A DNA stretch of 64,000 nt, taken from positions 114,250 through 178,249 of the IMG/VR virus record IMGVR_UViG_3300032103_000260; one strand, 5' to 3'. This document shows, piece by piece, positions 40,144 to 49,700 of the stretch; positions within the stretch are counted from its first letter, which is position 1; each line of letters opens with the position of its first letter. The notes under the pieces were generated by a model. That model did not search any database, was not told the origin of the DNA, and saw nothing but the letters and a program-made list of their open reading frames with translations. Made by a program: the position numbers and the translations under genes. This DNA is from a virus.

Positions 40144-41550
40144 ATGAGCTACTTCAGATCATATTTTGGCAGCAATAGCAGCCTTATTAAATTCAGTGAA
40201 ATTAACAACTCGCAAAACCCTGTTACTGAAATATCATACGGTACACTAAACAAACAGGTTAGTAGATTTATATTTTCAATAGATATTACTGACCTAAAAA
40301 ATCACATTGATTCGGGGGAAATTTCAATAGATTCAATAGATAAACATGTCCTTAAAATAACAAATACTATTGCATATAGGCCAGATTTATTGGGTAGAAA
40401 ATCATATGATGGTAGTACTGATAGAGCGAGTTCTTTTGTACTCGAATTATTTAATATTGATGAGGAATGGCATGAGGGTAGTGGTTATGATTTTGTTTAT
40501 GATGATGAAATATATATTACTAATCAAGTGTTATCAAAACAACCAGTAAATTGGTATTTTAGAAAAACAAATCAGGAATGGAATATAGAGGGTGCATATA
40601 GTACAGGAAATACAGGATCGACCATAATTGGTTCACAAACTTTTATAAAGGGTGATGAAAATCTTGAAATAGATATTACTAACTATGTAAATTATTTACT
40701 TGGATTAAATACTGGTTTTACTGGAACTACCTTTGGGTTAGGACTTAAGTTTATTGATGAATTAGAAAATTTAGAAATAATAAATAGACAAGCAGTAGCA
40801 TTTCATACTAAATATACTAATACATTTTATGAACCTTTTGTTGAAACAACATTAAATGATCATATTCAAGATGATAGAAATTATTTCTTTTTAGATAAAC
40901 AAAACGAATTATATTTATATTCTACTGTTGGTGGAAATTTTGAAGATATTATTGTGTCTGCTGTAACAATTTATGATTATGAAAACAACGAAATTCTGAC
41001 AATTGCAGAGTCAGGAATTACTAAAGTTAAAAAGGGAATATATAAGATTTCAGTTACTTTAGACTCAGACACTTACGTTGATTCAGTATTATTTACCGAT
41101 AGATGGTTTATCAATCAAAATGAAAAGTCAAAAATTATTGATCAAGAATTTTATTTAATTAAACCTGAAAATTATTTTGGATTTTCACTTGACAACAGGA
41201 TAAATTTTGACGATTTTTACTTTAGTTATAGTGGAATAAAATCAGGTGAATACTTAAAAAGTAATGAGAAAAGAAAAGTCAAAATAAATGTTAAAAGACT
41301 TTATTCTCAAAATGAATTTTTCGCATTAGAACTTGAGTATAGAATATATACAACACAAAGCGATAAATATCAAATTGATATTATTCCATTTACAAAAGTA
41401 AATAGAACAGTAAAAGGATACGAGTTTGATATTGACACATCATGGTTGATACCACAAGATTATTATCTTGAATTAAGATTAAATAATGGTGGAGAATATT
41501 CTGTGAAATCGCCTTTAAGATTTACTATTATTGATGATGGTATTTTTTAA
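40144..41550 (+). CDS. virion structural protein
   Basis: 468 aa, beta-rich; SRFIF, W.EG.GYD, IDITNYV; late motif at 40123-40131. Confidence 0.6.
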   Translation: MSYFRSYFGSNSSLIKFSEINNSQNPVTEISYGTLNKQVSRFIFSIDITDLKNHIDSGEISIDSIDKHVLKITNTIAYRPDLLGRKSYDGSTDRASSFVLELFNIDEEWHEGSGYDFVYDDEIYITNQVLSKQPVNWYFRKTNQEWNIEGAYSTGNTGSTIIGSQTFIKGDENLEIDITNYVNYLLGLNTGFTGTTFGLGLKFIDELENLEIINRQAVAFHTKYTNTFYEPFVETTLNDHIQDDRNYFFLDKQNELYLYSTVGGNFEDIIVSAVTIYDYENNEILTIAESGITKVKKGIYKISVTLDSDTYVDSVLFTDRWFINQNEKSKIIDQEFYLIKPENYFGFSLDNRINFDDFYFSYSGIKSGEYLKSNEKRKVKINVKRLYSQNEFFALELEYRIYTTQSDKYQIDIIPFTKVNRTVKGYEFDIDTSWLIPQDYYLELRLNNGGEYSVKSPLRFTIIDDGIF

Positions 41551-41585
41551 AATGTGACGTATTTATAACAAATTGTATAACAAAA

Positions 41586-41670
41586 AACTGTGTATTTTTA
41601 ACTATTGTGTATTGTTTTTTATTTTGTATTTTATAATAATAACTGTGTATTTTTAAATTAAATTGTGTAT
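41586..41670 (+). repeat. TGTGTAT direct repeats in the SSB leader
   Basis: AACTGTGTATTTTTAA at 41586 and 41641; ATTGTGTAT at 41604 and 41662 (the last overlaps the ATG). Confidence 0.75.
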
Positions 41671-42805
41671 GGAAACAAAAACCCAAGCAACGCTTGATCC
41701 GCGTTTGAACAAAATGTTCGAGGATCACAAAAATCAAGGCAAATCCAAGCCTTCTAAAGAAGAAATACTTGCTAAGTATTTCGTGCCAAGAAAAGATAAA
41801 GAGGTATTTAGAATTCTTCCACCAATTGGTGATGAATACATTGAAACGGCACATTTTCACACTTTAAAAGTGAATAATAAATACATAAAAGTTTATTGTC
41901 CACGTCATAACGATCAACCAACTCCCAAAAAAGATGAAGCTGGTAATCTTATTAAAGACTCTCAGGGTAGAACTGTTATGGTTAGATCAAGATGTCCTCT
42001 TTGTGAAAAAGCTGACTATTACTTAAATCAACAAGATAAATCGATTCTTAAGAAGAAGAAAGAAGAATTGAATGCTTCTGAATTAAAAATTAAAGAGAAG
42101 AATGATGCTCTTTATAAAGAAGCTATGAAATGGTCTGCAGATAAGTATTATATCGTTAGAGGTATCGATAGAGGTGCAACTAAGGATGGTGTTAAATTCT
42201 GGAGATTTAAGTTTAACAAGAAAAGACAAGGAGTATATGATAAGTTGATTCCTGTTCTATCTGATTATGTTGAACAAACAGGTACAAACTTTACTGATCC
42301 ACAAAAAGGTATTGATATCGTAATTAACGTAGTGGATAATCACACCCCATCAGGACAGAAGTACAGAGATGTATCATCAATTATGGCTCGTCCTGCATCA
42401 TCATTAAGTGATGATCCTGTGATTGTGTCTTCATGGCTAAATGATAAGACTACATGGAGAGATGTATTCAAACCTAAATCAGCACCAAAAATTACAGCAT
42501 TACAGTATTTGGAATTAGCTGCAGAAGGCAATGCTCCATATTGGGATGATAGTGATCCTGCAAATAAGAAATGGGTATTTCCTAATCACCCTGACTTACA
42601 AGCAGCAGCAAATATTAGAGATGCTAGTTATGTAAATGATGAGGTATATGAAGATGAAGAATCTTATAGTACCAAAACATATCGTAACATTGAGCAGATT
42701 AGTACGAGTGATGTGGGTGTATTCCAAGACGATGCAGTAGATGCTATGACAGGTAAATCACCACAGCTTACTGATCCAAGTGAATTAGATGATCTACCAT
42801 TCTAA
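41669..42805 (+). CDS. single-stranded DNA-binding protein (gp32-like)
   Basis: FRILPP, H/C..CPLC Zn ligands, GVKFWRF, TDP..G.DI, acidic tail ending DDLPF. Confidence 0.85.
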   Translation: METKTQATLDPRLNKMFEDHKNQGKSKPSKEEILAKYFVPRKDKEVFRILPPIGDEYIETAHFHTLKVNNKYIKVYCPRHNDQPTPKKDEAGNLIKDSQGRTVMVRSRCPLCEKADYYLNQQDKSILKKKKEELNASELKIKEKNDALYKEAMKWSADKYYIVRGIDRGATKDGVKFWRFKFNKKRQGVYDKLIPVLSDYVEQTGTNFTDPQKGIDIVINVVDNHTPSGQKYRDVSSIMARPASSLSDDPVIVSSWLNDKTTWRDVFKPKSAPKITALQYLELAAEGNAPYWDDSDPANKKWVFPNHPDLQAAANIRDASYVNDEVYEDEESYSTKTYRNIEQISTSDVGVFQDDAVDAMTGKSPQLTDPSELDDLPF

Positions 42806-42815
42806 TTAGAATAGA

Positions 42816-42852
42816 AGGATTGAGAGGTCATAATCTTTCAATCCTATTTTTT
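42816..42852 (+). terminator. intrinsic terminator
   Basis: AGGATTGAGAGG...TCTTTCAATCCT followed by a T-run. Confidence 0.65.
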
Positions 42853-42882
42853 TAATAACCTTAAATAAACTGAATATGAAAA

Positions 42883-43995
42883 ATGTCAGAAACACCCAAA
42901 AATACAAATTCGAGAAAACCAACATTAAAGAAAAGTTTTTCTTTAGCAGACTTTAAAAAGAAAGTAAATGGTGAAGATATTCCTGAAAAATCATTAGAAT
43001 GGATTAAATGTTCAAAAGCATTTCAAGAAGCAACTGGCTTACCGGGATTTCCAAAGGGATATGTATCATTATCAAGAGGTTTTACAAATACAGGTAAATC
43101 AACTTCAGTATGTGAAGCAGCAGTAAACGCTCAAAAGATGGGTATTCTTCCGATATTAATTGATACTGAAAATAATATGGGAAAAAAACGTTTAGAAATG
43201 ATGGGCTTTGACTGGAATAATGATTTTTTTATTGAAATAGATAATGATTTTTTATTAGAAAATTTTGGAAAGAAAAGAGATAGTAAGGCACGTGAAGCAA
43301 CTATTGAAGATATGTCGGAATGTATACATCATTTCATCGATCTTCAAGATAACGGTGAGTTACCATACGATATATTATTTGTAATAGATTCTATAGGTAC
43401 ATTAGACTGTATTAAAACAGTTAATGCTAAAGAAAATGGTACAAGTGATAATAATATGTGGAATGCAAATGCATTTGAAAGAGCATTTAAATCTCTTATT
43501 AATAACAGAATACCATCATCACGTAAATCTAATAAACCATATACTAATACACTTATTGCAGTACAAAAAATATGGCTAGACAGCATGAGTGGCGGTCAGC
43601 CAGTTGTGAAACATAAAGGTGGTGAAGCGTTTGCATATGGTGCAAGATTAATATTTCATCATGGTGGGGTATTAACTCATGGTACTAAAAAGATTATTGC
43701 CACATCAAAGAATAGAGAAATTTCATATGGCATTGAAACTAAAATTTCAATTATGAAAAATCAAATTGATGGTGAATTAGGTGGTATTGCTTTTGAAGGT
43801 AAATTAATTTCAACTCCACATGGTTTTATTGGTGCTGAATCAGAAGATAAAGAAAAATATAAGAAGGAACATATTAAGTATTTTAGAGATTCTTTAGGTT
43901 CTGATATATCACCAGATGATATCACTACAAAATATAATGCAGATAATGAAGATATGAACGTTGAGGAATTTAACGGAATGATGAATGATATGTAG
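42883..43995 (+). CDS. uvsX: RecA/UvsX-like recombinase
   Basis: Walker A GFTNTGKS, IDTE, VIDSIG, KGG, KNQ; located between SSB and exonuclease. Confidence 0.85.
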   Translation: MSETPKNTNSRKPTLKKSFSLADFKKKVNGEDIPEKSLEWIKCSKAFQEATGLPGFPKGYVSLSRGFTNTGKSTSVCEAAVNAQKMGILPILIDTENNMGKKRLEMMGFDWNNDFFIEIDNDFLLENFGKKRDSKAREATIEDMSECIHHFIDLQDNGELPYDILFVIDSIGTLDCIKTVNAKENGTSDNNMWNANAFERAFKSLINNRIPSSRKSNKPYTNTLIAVQKIWLDSMSGGQPVVKHKGGEAFAYGARLIFHHGGVLTHGTKKIIATSKNREISYGIETKISIMKNQIDGELGGIAFEGKLISTPHGFIGAESEDKEKYKKEHIKYFRDSLGSDISPDDITTKYNADNEDMNVEEFNGMMNDM

Positions 43996-44005
43996 TAGTT
44001 AGATT

Positions 44006-44494
44006 ATGATAGAAGTAATACCTACAGAAATACAAATTGAAAAAGCAAAAATTAAATTTGATTTTAATGAGCTAAAAAATTCAATAACAAAAGGCAATGG
44101 TAATATTCTTGGTGCATTAGGAGAAATAATTGTTTGTGATTACTATAAAAACATCTATGGGGATCATGTGGTGATTGAGCAAAATACGTATGATTGGGAT
44201 TTAACCATAAATGGATTTACCATAGATGTTAAAACAAAAAATTGCACATCAAAACCTATCAATTATTATAATGTAACAGTTAGCAATTCAAACATAAAGC
44301 AGAAATGCCAATATTATTGTTTTGTGAGAATTATGAATGATTTTTCAAAAGCATGGATTTTAGGATTTTTACCAAAAGATAAATTTTATAAGTTAGCGAC
44401 ATTTGCAAAAAGGGATAGTATTGATCCAACTAAACCAGAATGGACATTTAAAGATGATTGTTATAATTTAGAAATTAGTAAATTAGCTATTTAA
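44006..44494 (+). CDS. PD-(D/E)XK-fold hypothetical nuclease
   Basis: GALGE, WD....IDVKTK. Confidence 0.6.
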   Translation: MIEVIPTEIQIEKAKIKFDFNELKNSITKGNGNILGALGEIIVCDYYKNIYGDHVVIEQNTYDWDLTINGFTIDVKTKNCTSKPINYYNVTVSNSNIKQKCQYYCFVRIMNDFSKAWILGFLPKDKFYKLATFAKRDSIDPTKPEWTFKDDCYNLEISKLAI

Positions 44495-44506
44495 AAAAAT
44501 TTTTGG

Positions 44507-45559
44507 ATGAAATTAGTAAAGACACTGTTAGTAGATTCATCATATCTATTAAAAAGGTCATTTCATGGTGCGAAAGAATACAATCGAAAAGAACATATTG
44601 GTGGATTGTATTCTTTCCTAACCACAGTGAGAAAATTAATTAAACAACATGCTTTTAACAAGGTCGTTCTTATGTGGGATGGGGAAAATGGTGGAATTAA
44701 AAGACATATTATTGATATAGCATATAAGGCTAATAGAAAAGATAAATCATGGCATAAAAAAATTGAAATGACTGATGAACAAATCCGAATAGAAAGTGAA
44801 AAAGAAGAATCAATTTTAAAGCAACGAAAAAGAATACAAGCATATGCAGAGGAACTTTATTTGAGACAAATTGAAGTACCAGAGATAGAAGCAGATGATT
44901 TAATTGCATCATATGTAATTCAGAATTACAAAAAAGAAGATATTTTTATTTATACTAATGATAGAGATTTTGCACAACTAATTGATTATGATATTACTAT
45001 TTTATTTGATAATAAATCAGAACCGATAAGTAAAAAAAACTTTTTCTTTAATTTTCCATATCATCATTCAAATGCCTTAACAATGAAGATAATTTGTGGT
45101 GATACATCTGACAATATTCAGGGTATTGAGGGATTGAAAGAAAAAACTTTATTAAATTATTTCCCTGATTTAAAATTAAGAAAAATGACAGTTAGAGAAA
45201 TATGTATAAAAGCCAAAGAAATTCTTGAAGAAAGAAAATCAGATAAAAAAAAGAAACCAATTAAAGCTCTTGAAAATTTAATTAGTAGTATGGATAGATT
45301 AATTACTAATCATAAATTAATTAATCTTAACGAACCATTTTTAAATGAACAAGCGTTAGATGAATTAGATCAACTTAATATGCCTCTTGCTGAAGATGAT
45401 GGCCAAGGCAATAAAAGAGGTAGTGAAAATTTATATAAAATGATGACAGAAGATGAGTTTTTAATTTCATGGGGTGGTACGTTTGTTAATTATGTTGAAC
45501 CATTTTATCCAGTAATCATGAAAGAAAAAAATTTATTAAAACAATATTTAAATGGATAA
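44507..45559 (+). CDS. 5'-3' exonuclease / RNase H (FEN-like)
   Basis: LLVDS, WDG, YKANR, EADDLIA, TNDRDFAQL, GDTSDNIQG. Confidence 0.92.
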   Translation: MKLVKTLLVDSSYLLKRSFHGAKEYNRKEHIGGLYSFLTTVRKLIKQHAFNKVVLMWDGENGGIKRHIIDIAYKANRKDKSWHKKIEMTDEQIRIESEKEESILKQRKRIQAYAEELYLRQIEVPEIEADDLIASYVIQNYKKEDIFIYTNDRDFAQLIDYDITILFDNKSEPISKKNFFFNFPYHHSNALTMKIICGDTSDNIQGIEGLKEKTLLNYFPDLKLRKMTVREICIKAKEILEERKSDKKKKPIKALENLISSMDRLITNHKLINLNEPFLNEQALDELDQLNMPLAEDDGQGNKRGSENLYKMMTEDEFLISWGGTFVNYVEPFYPVIMKEKNLLKQYLNG

Positions 45560-45628
45560 TTTATATTATGTTCTTGACTTATTTTATATAAAGATTATAT
45601 TTGTAAAAACTCAAAAATAAAATAGTAT

Positions 45629-46318
45629 ATGTTAGAAAAAACCCATGAAAACTTTTTTAAGTTTACACTTTATCAAGAATCAAATGTAATGGTTGAAAAA
45701 TCATTTAGTTCTGATGTTTATAGTCAGATGTCAAGGTATTCTGTTAATATTCGAGAATTAATTCCTTCAATTATACAAAGACTTCAAAAATTGCTTTCAA
45801 AAAGAAATCTTGAGTATAAGGTCACATATGGTGAAAATGAATATGATTTTTTAAAATATTATGAAGACTTAGCTTCGTTTTATCATGTTAGGTTTAATAA
45901 ATTAAGTAAACCACAAACAATAACACAAGTTATTAATGGTAAAACAATTAGAGGTGTTGAATGTAAATTTTGTTTACATATTAACAATAATCTTATTGTT
46001 GAAAGATTATTTTATGTTGATAATTATAATCCATCAGTAAGGTTTAGTACCGATATAATCTCAACAGTTAATGAAATTGTTGAAGATATTAAATTAAAAA
46101 TTAAATTAAATGATGATAATAACATATGGGATGATTTTGATATTATCAACCGATATGGATTTCCACACATTAATAATGTTAGAGAATTAGGTAAAGAACA
46201 AAGAGAATTTTACTTAAAAAATATTAATGATAAGGAATTTGTTAAGAACACTAGAAATCAAATTCGTAAAAAATATTTTACAGAGCAACAAGAAGAGGAA
46301 GTTTCTTTAGAAGATTAA
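45629..46318 (+). CDS. hypothetical protein
   Basis: 229 aa; Bacteroidota-type promoter TTG(45574)-N19-TATATTTG(45596) upstream. Confidence 0.6.
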   Translation: MLEKTHENFFKFTLYQESNVMVEKSFSSDVYSQMSRYSVNIRELIPSIIQRLQKLLSKRNLEYKVTYGENEYDFLKYYEDLASFYHVRFNKLSKPQTITQVINGKTIRGVECKFCLHINNNLIVERLFYVDNYNPSVRFSTDIISTVNEIVEDIKLKIKLNDDNNIWDDFDIINRYGFPHINNVRELGKEQREFYLKNINDKEFVKNTRNQIRKKYFTEQQEEEVSLED

Positions 46319-46332
46319 AACAATAAGTTATT

Positions 46333-49011
46333 ATGTCCGAAAATAAAGATAGCATAGCTACTTATTTAGGTACAGACTTTCAACTTAAATTGTTGTGGCA
46401 GTTAGTTACCGAAAGTAGTTTTTGCGAAAAGATATTGCCATATCTTGAAGTAGGGTATTTCGATGATCATAATTTTAAAAGATTCTTTATTGTTATTAAA
46501 GAATATTATGATAAATATAAAAAAGTACCGAATCTTCAAAATAAAAGTATTGACCATGCAATAAAAGAATTTCAATTAGATAATGAGATTGATTATGAAC
46601 AATTAATAGGTGTATTAAAACCAATAACTAACTGGCAGGAAGCATGTATTAATGGCGTACTAATGTTCGATGGTGATGCTGTTCAAAAACAAACATGGCA
46701 TTTTATTAAACAGCAAGAATATAAAAAACTTGCAGGTGAAATAATTGAAAAATTAGTTAGAAATAAACTTGATAAAAACGTTCATGAAATAGAGGAACGT
46801 ATTAGAAAGATTGCAGAGGTTGGTGTTGAAGATGATGATGCTGTAGAAATATTTGATAATATTGAAATGGCATTGAGAAAAGAATTTAGAGAACCAATAC
46901 CAACAGGTATTAAAGTTCTTGATGAAGCGACTGGTGGTGGTCTTGGTCGTGGTGAAATAGGTATAATATTAGCCCCAACAGGGGCTGGTAAAGCACAACC
47001 ATTATCATCTAAGATTTTAACTCCCAAAGGATGGAAATTAATGGGTGATATTAAGGTTAATGATTTGATTATTGGATCAAACGGATTATCTCAAAAAGTT
47101 TTGGGTGTGTATCCACAAGGAGTAAGAGATATCTATAGAATTAATTTTAGTGATAATACATCCGTTCTATGTGATAAAGAACATATATGGTCAGTTAATA
47201 GTAGAAAACAAAGAACATCTAAAAGTAAAATAAATGGTAAAACATTTTTAATACCAGACTATACATTTCAACAATTAACTGTTGCTGAAATGATAGATAC
47301 CATAAAAACAAAAAATGGTCATCTTAATTATAGATTGCCAAATCTATCACCAGTAAATTTTGATGTTTTAGATATTAAATTAGACCCATATATACTTGGT
47401 GCTATGCTTGCTGATGGTAATATGACTAAATTTAATCAAGCGAATTTAACGACTGTTGATGATGAAATGGTTGAAGAATTTAAGAAAAGATATTCGAATA
47501 TTAACGTACATGAGTATAATTATGAGAATAGAAATAAAATATATTGTATATCATTGCTTAATAGTCGTAAATTATTAGAAGAATTAAAATTGTATGGTAC
47601 AGATTCATCAACTAAATTTATACCTGAAATATATAAATATAATTCACTTGAAAATCGAATACTATTATTACAAGGTCTAATGGATACTTATGGTACTGTA
47701 TCCAAGAGTGGTTTAGCATCATACTCTACAGTATCAAAAACATTAGCTATGGATATTAGGGAGTTAGTATTATCATTAGGCGGTAGTTGTAAAATAAAAA
47801 CATCACAAAAATATTATAAGAAAAATAATATTAAAATAGCTGGTAAATTATCATATAATTTAAATATTAGTTTTCCAAAAACATTTCAATTTGATATATT
47901 TAGATTATCAAGAAAATTGATTAATTATAAAAAAAGAAATAAGTATGAGCACAATAAATTTATATCATCTATAGAATACTCACACAAAGAAGAAGCTCAA
48001 TGTATTTACGTGGAAAATAGCGATTCGTTATATGTTACTGATGATTATGTATTAACACATAATACCACGATCTTAACTAAGTTTGCTAACCATGCATTTG
48101 AAAGCGGTAAAAATGTACTTCAATTAATTTTTGAAGATACTCCTGATCAAATAAGACGAAAACATTTTACTATATGGTCTGAAGTTCCATTATCAGAGAT
48201 TGATGAAAGAACTGAAGAAGTTACAAGAATTGTTGAGAAAAAACATAATGATGTTCAAAATGAATTTAATAATAAACTAATAATTAAAAGATTTTCACAA
48301 GAGAATACTACATTACCTATGATTAAGGATTATGTGGTTAGATTTCAAAAGAAATATGGCTATAAGTTTGATATTATAATTCTTGATTATATTGATTGTG
48401 TTGATAGTCATAAGAAGGGTAGTGATACTAATGCTGATGAATTAGCAATCATTAAATCATTTGAAGCAATGGCTGCTGAATTTAATATACCATGTTGGAC
48501 TGCTATTCAAACAAATCGTTCTGGTATTGAAAGTGAATTGGTGTATATTAACCATATGGGTGGTAATATTAAGAGAGCACAAAAATCACATTTTTTAATG
48601 TCTATTGCCAGAACACAAGATCAAAAGTTTCATAACTTAGCTAATCTTCAAATATTAAAAGCACGTTTTGCAAAAGATGGTTATGTGTTTAAAGATTGTA
48701 TTTTTGACAATAATACTCTTAAAATTGAAGGAACTGGTGATATGTTTAAGACAAAGAGTAGTGCTGATGACTTTAAAAAAAATGAACCAGAACACTTTAA
48801 CGAAAAGATGAAGAAGCGTAAAACAAAAGAAGAACGTGAAGATATCTTAAAAAATGTAACCAAAGCAATGGAACTTCAAGGTGAAATAAATCTTGATAGT
48901 TTAGATGATGAACCACATGATAATGATAAGTTTCAAGAAAAACTACAAAAATTGAGGGAAGAAAGCCTAAAAAATCAAAATTCTGATGAAAAAGATAAAA
49001 AAAGTGAATAA
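46333..49011 (+). CDS. replicative DNA helicase (DnaB/gp41-like) containing an intein
   Basis: IPTG...LD...GGG..GE..APTGAGK|T Walker A split by intein; ILDYID, WTAIQTNR, ILKAR. Confidence 0.92.
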   Translation: MSENKDSIATYLGTDFQLKLLWQLVTESSFCEKILPYLEVGYFDDHNFKRFFIVIKEYYDKYKKVPNLQNKSIDHAIKEFQLDNEIDYEQLIGVLKPITNWQEACINGVLMFDGDAVQKQTWHFIKQQEYKKLAGEIIEKLVRNKLDKNVHEIEERIRKIAEVGVEDDDAVEIFDNIEMALRKEFREPIPTGIKVLDEATGGGLGRGEIGIILAPTGAGKAQPLSSKILTPKGWKLMGDIKVNDLIIGSNGLSQKVLGVYPQGVRDIYRINFSDNTSVLCDKEHIWSVNSRKQRTSKSKINGKTFLIPDYTFQQLTVAEMIDTIKTKNGHLNYRLPNLSPVNFDVLDIKLDPYILGAMLADGNMTKFNQANLTTVDDEMVEEFKKRYSNINVHEYNYENRNKIYCISLLNSRKLLEELKLYGTDSSTKFIPEIYKYNSLENRILLLQGLMDTYGTVSKSGLASYSTVSKTLAMDIRELVLSLGGSCKIKTSQKYYKKNNIKIAGKLSYNLNISFPKTFQFDIFRLSRKLINYKKRNKYEHNKFISSIEYSHKEEAQCIYVENSDSLYVTDDYVLTHNTTILTKFANHAFESGKNVLQLIFEDTPDQIRRKHFTIWSEVPLSEIDERTEEVTRIVEKKHNDVQNEFNNKLIIKRFSQENTTLPMIKDYVVRFQKKYGYKFDIIILDYIDCVDSHKKGSDTNADELAIIKSFEAMAAEFNIPCWTAIQTNRSGIESELVYINHMGGNIKRAQKSHFLMSIARTQDQKFHNLANLQILKARFAKDGYVFKDCIFDNNTLKIEGTGDMFKTKSSADDFKKNEPEHFNEKMKKRKTKEEREDILKNVTKAMELQGEINLDSLDDEPHDNDKFQEKLQKLREESLKNQNSDEKDKKSE
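46993..48063 (+). mobile_element. class 3 intein (Ala1, WCT signature) with LAGLIDADG domain
   Basis: Starts AQPLSS, block B CDKEHIW, block F AQCI, ends LTHN|T; LAGLIDADG motifs LGAMLADG and LQGLMDTYG. Confidence 0.9.
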
Positions 49012-49085
49012 TTTTATGGCTTTTTAGTAAAATATATAGTATTTATGTTTACACAAAAAAAAATTGAAAAATTTTCTCAAAAACA

Positions 49086-49117
49086 CTTGACAAGAGAAAT
49101 TCTTCGTTTTACATTTG
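49086..49117 (+). promoter_or_regulatory. Bacteroidota-type sigma70 promoter for the RNA operon
   Basis: CTTGACA...TACATTTG (TTG then about 20 nt then TAnnTTTG), ending 11 nt before the first tRNA-like element. Confidence 0.65.
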
Positions 49118-49128
49118 TAAAACAATTG

Positions 49129-49199
49129 GGGAGAGTGGTGAAAATAAACACTACTGTTCGTAAAACTGTAGATTACAGGTTCGATTCCTGTCTCCTCCA
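49129..49199 (+). tRNA. degenerate tRNA / tRNA-like element (identity unclear; GTA or CGT in an abnormal loop)
   Basis: Perfect T arm ACAGG-TTCGATT-CCTGT, acceptor GGGAGAG/CTCCTCC with a mismatch, D loop lacking GG, non-canonical anticodon loop. Confidence 0.6.
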
Positions 49200-49204
49200 C
49201 ATAA

Positions 49205-49227
49205 AATAACAACAGACGGTTGTTATT
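49205..49227. other. perfect hairpin in spacer
   Basis: AATAACAAC-AGACG-GTTGTTATT. Confidence 0.5.
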
Positions 49228-49237
49228 AAGATTTAAT

Positions 49238-49360
49238 GGGAAAACTAAAAGTTATTACAGTAAATTAGCTCAGAGGATAGAGCGTAAACAAGTAAAGTTT
49301 AATGCCGTTGGTTCAACTCCAACATTTACAACCAAAAAAAACAACTTATAAATTATTCCC
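49238..49360 (+). ncRNA. stem-enclosed tRNA-like RNA, copy A (Y-RNA-like candidate)
   Basis: Outer pairing GGGAA/TTCCC and AAGTT/AACTT encloses a cloverleaf 49259-49334 (AGTAAAT..GCTC/GAGC..TAAAC-AAGTAAA-GTTTA..GTTGG-TTCAACT-CCAAC..ATTTACA-A-CCA). Confidence 0.7.
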
Positions 49361-49373
49361 AAACTTATTAAAT

Positions 49374-49446
49374 TGCGAGATAGAGAAGAGGTTATCTCAC
49401 TTGGCTCATAACCAAGAGATCGTTGGTTCGAATCCATCTCTCGCTA
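49374..49446 (+). tRNA. tRNA-Met(CAT), possibly initiator-like
   Basis: Cloverleaf with CTTGG-CTCATAA-CCAAG anticodon arm, TTCGAAT T loop, 1:72 mismatch; CCA not encoded. Confidence 0.85.
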
Positions 49447-49450
49447 CAAA

Positions 49451-49527
49451 GTAAAGTTCCTACAAGTCTCTGATTCGAAAGTTGAATTAAAACCAACCAC
49501 AAAATCAAACTCGTAGGGTAATTTTAC
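49451..49527 (+). ncRNA. orphan long interrupted hairpin
   Basis: GTAAAGTT/AATTTTAC, CCTAC/GTAGG, AGT/ACT, TGATT/AATCA, GTTG/CAAC nested pairings. Confidence 0.5.
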
Positions 49528-49561
49528 AAATCAAAATAGATAATTTTAATTTAAAAATATT

Positions 49562-49689
49562 AAAGGAAAACTATTTGTATTTACAGTAAAATAGTCAAAT
49601 TGAAAAAGACGATTGCCTTAAAAGCAGCAGTTAATTGTGGGTTCAAGTCCCGCTTTTACAACAAAAAAATACAAGACAAATATTCTTTT
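49562..49689 (+). ncRNA. stem-enclosed tRNA-like RNA, copy B (Leu-TAA-derived cloverleaf)
   Basis: Outer AAAGGAA/TTCTTTT and TTGTATTT/AAATACAA enclose 49585-49664 (AGTAAAA..GTC/GAC..TGC-CTTAAAA-GCA..GTGGG-TTCAAGT-CCCGC..TTTTACA-A-CAA). Confidence 0.7.
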
Positions 49690-49700
49690 AAAACATTAAA

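Noticed and set aside
49024-49212. 62-aa minus-strand ORF
   Set aside because: It is the antisense reading of the tRNA-like element and its promoter
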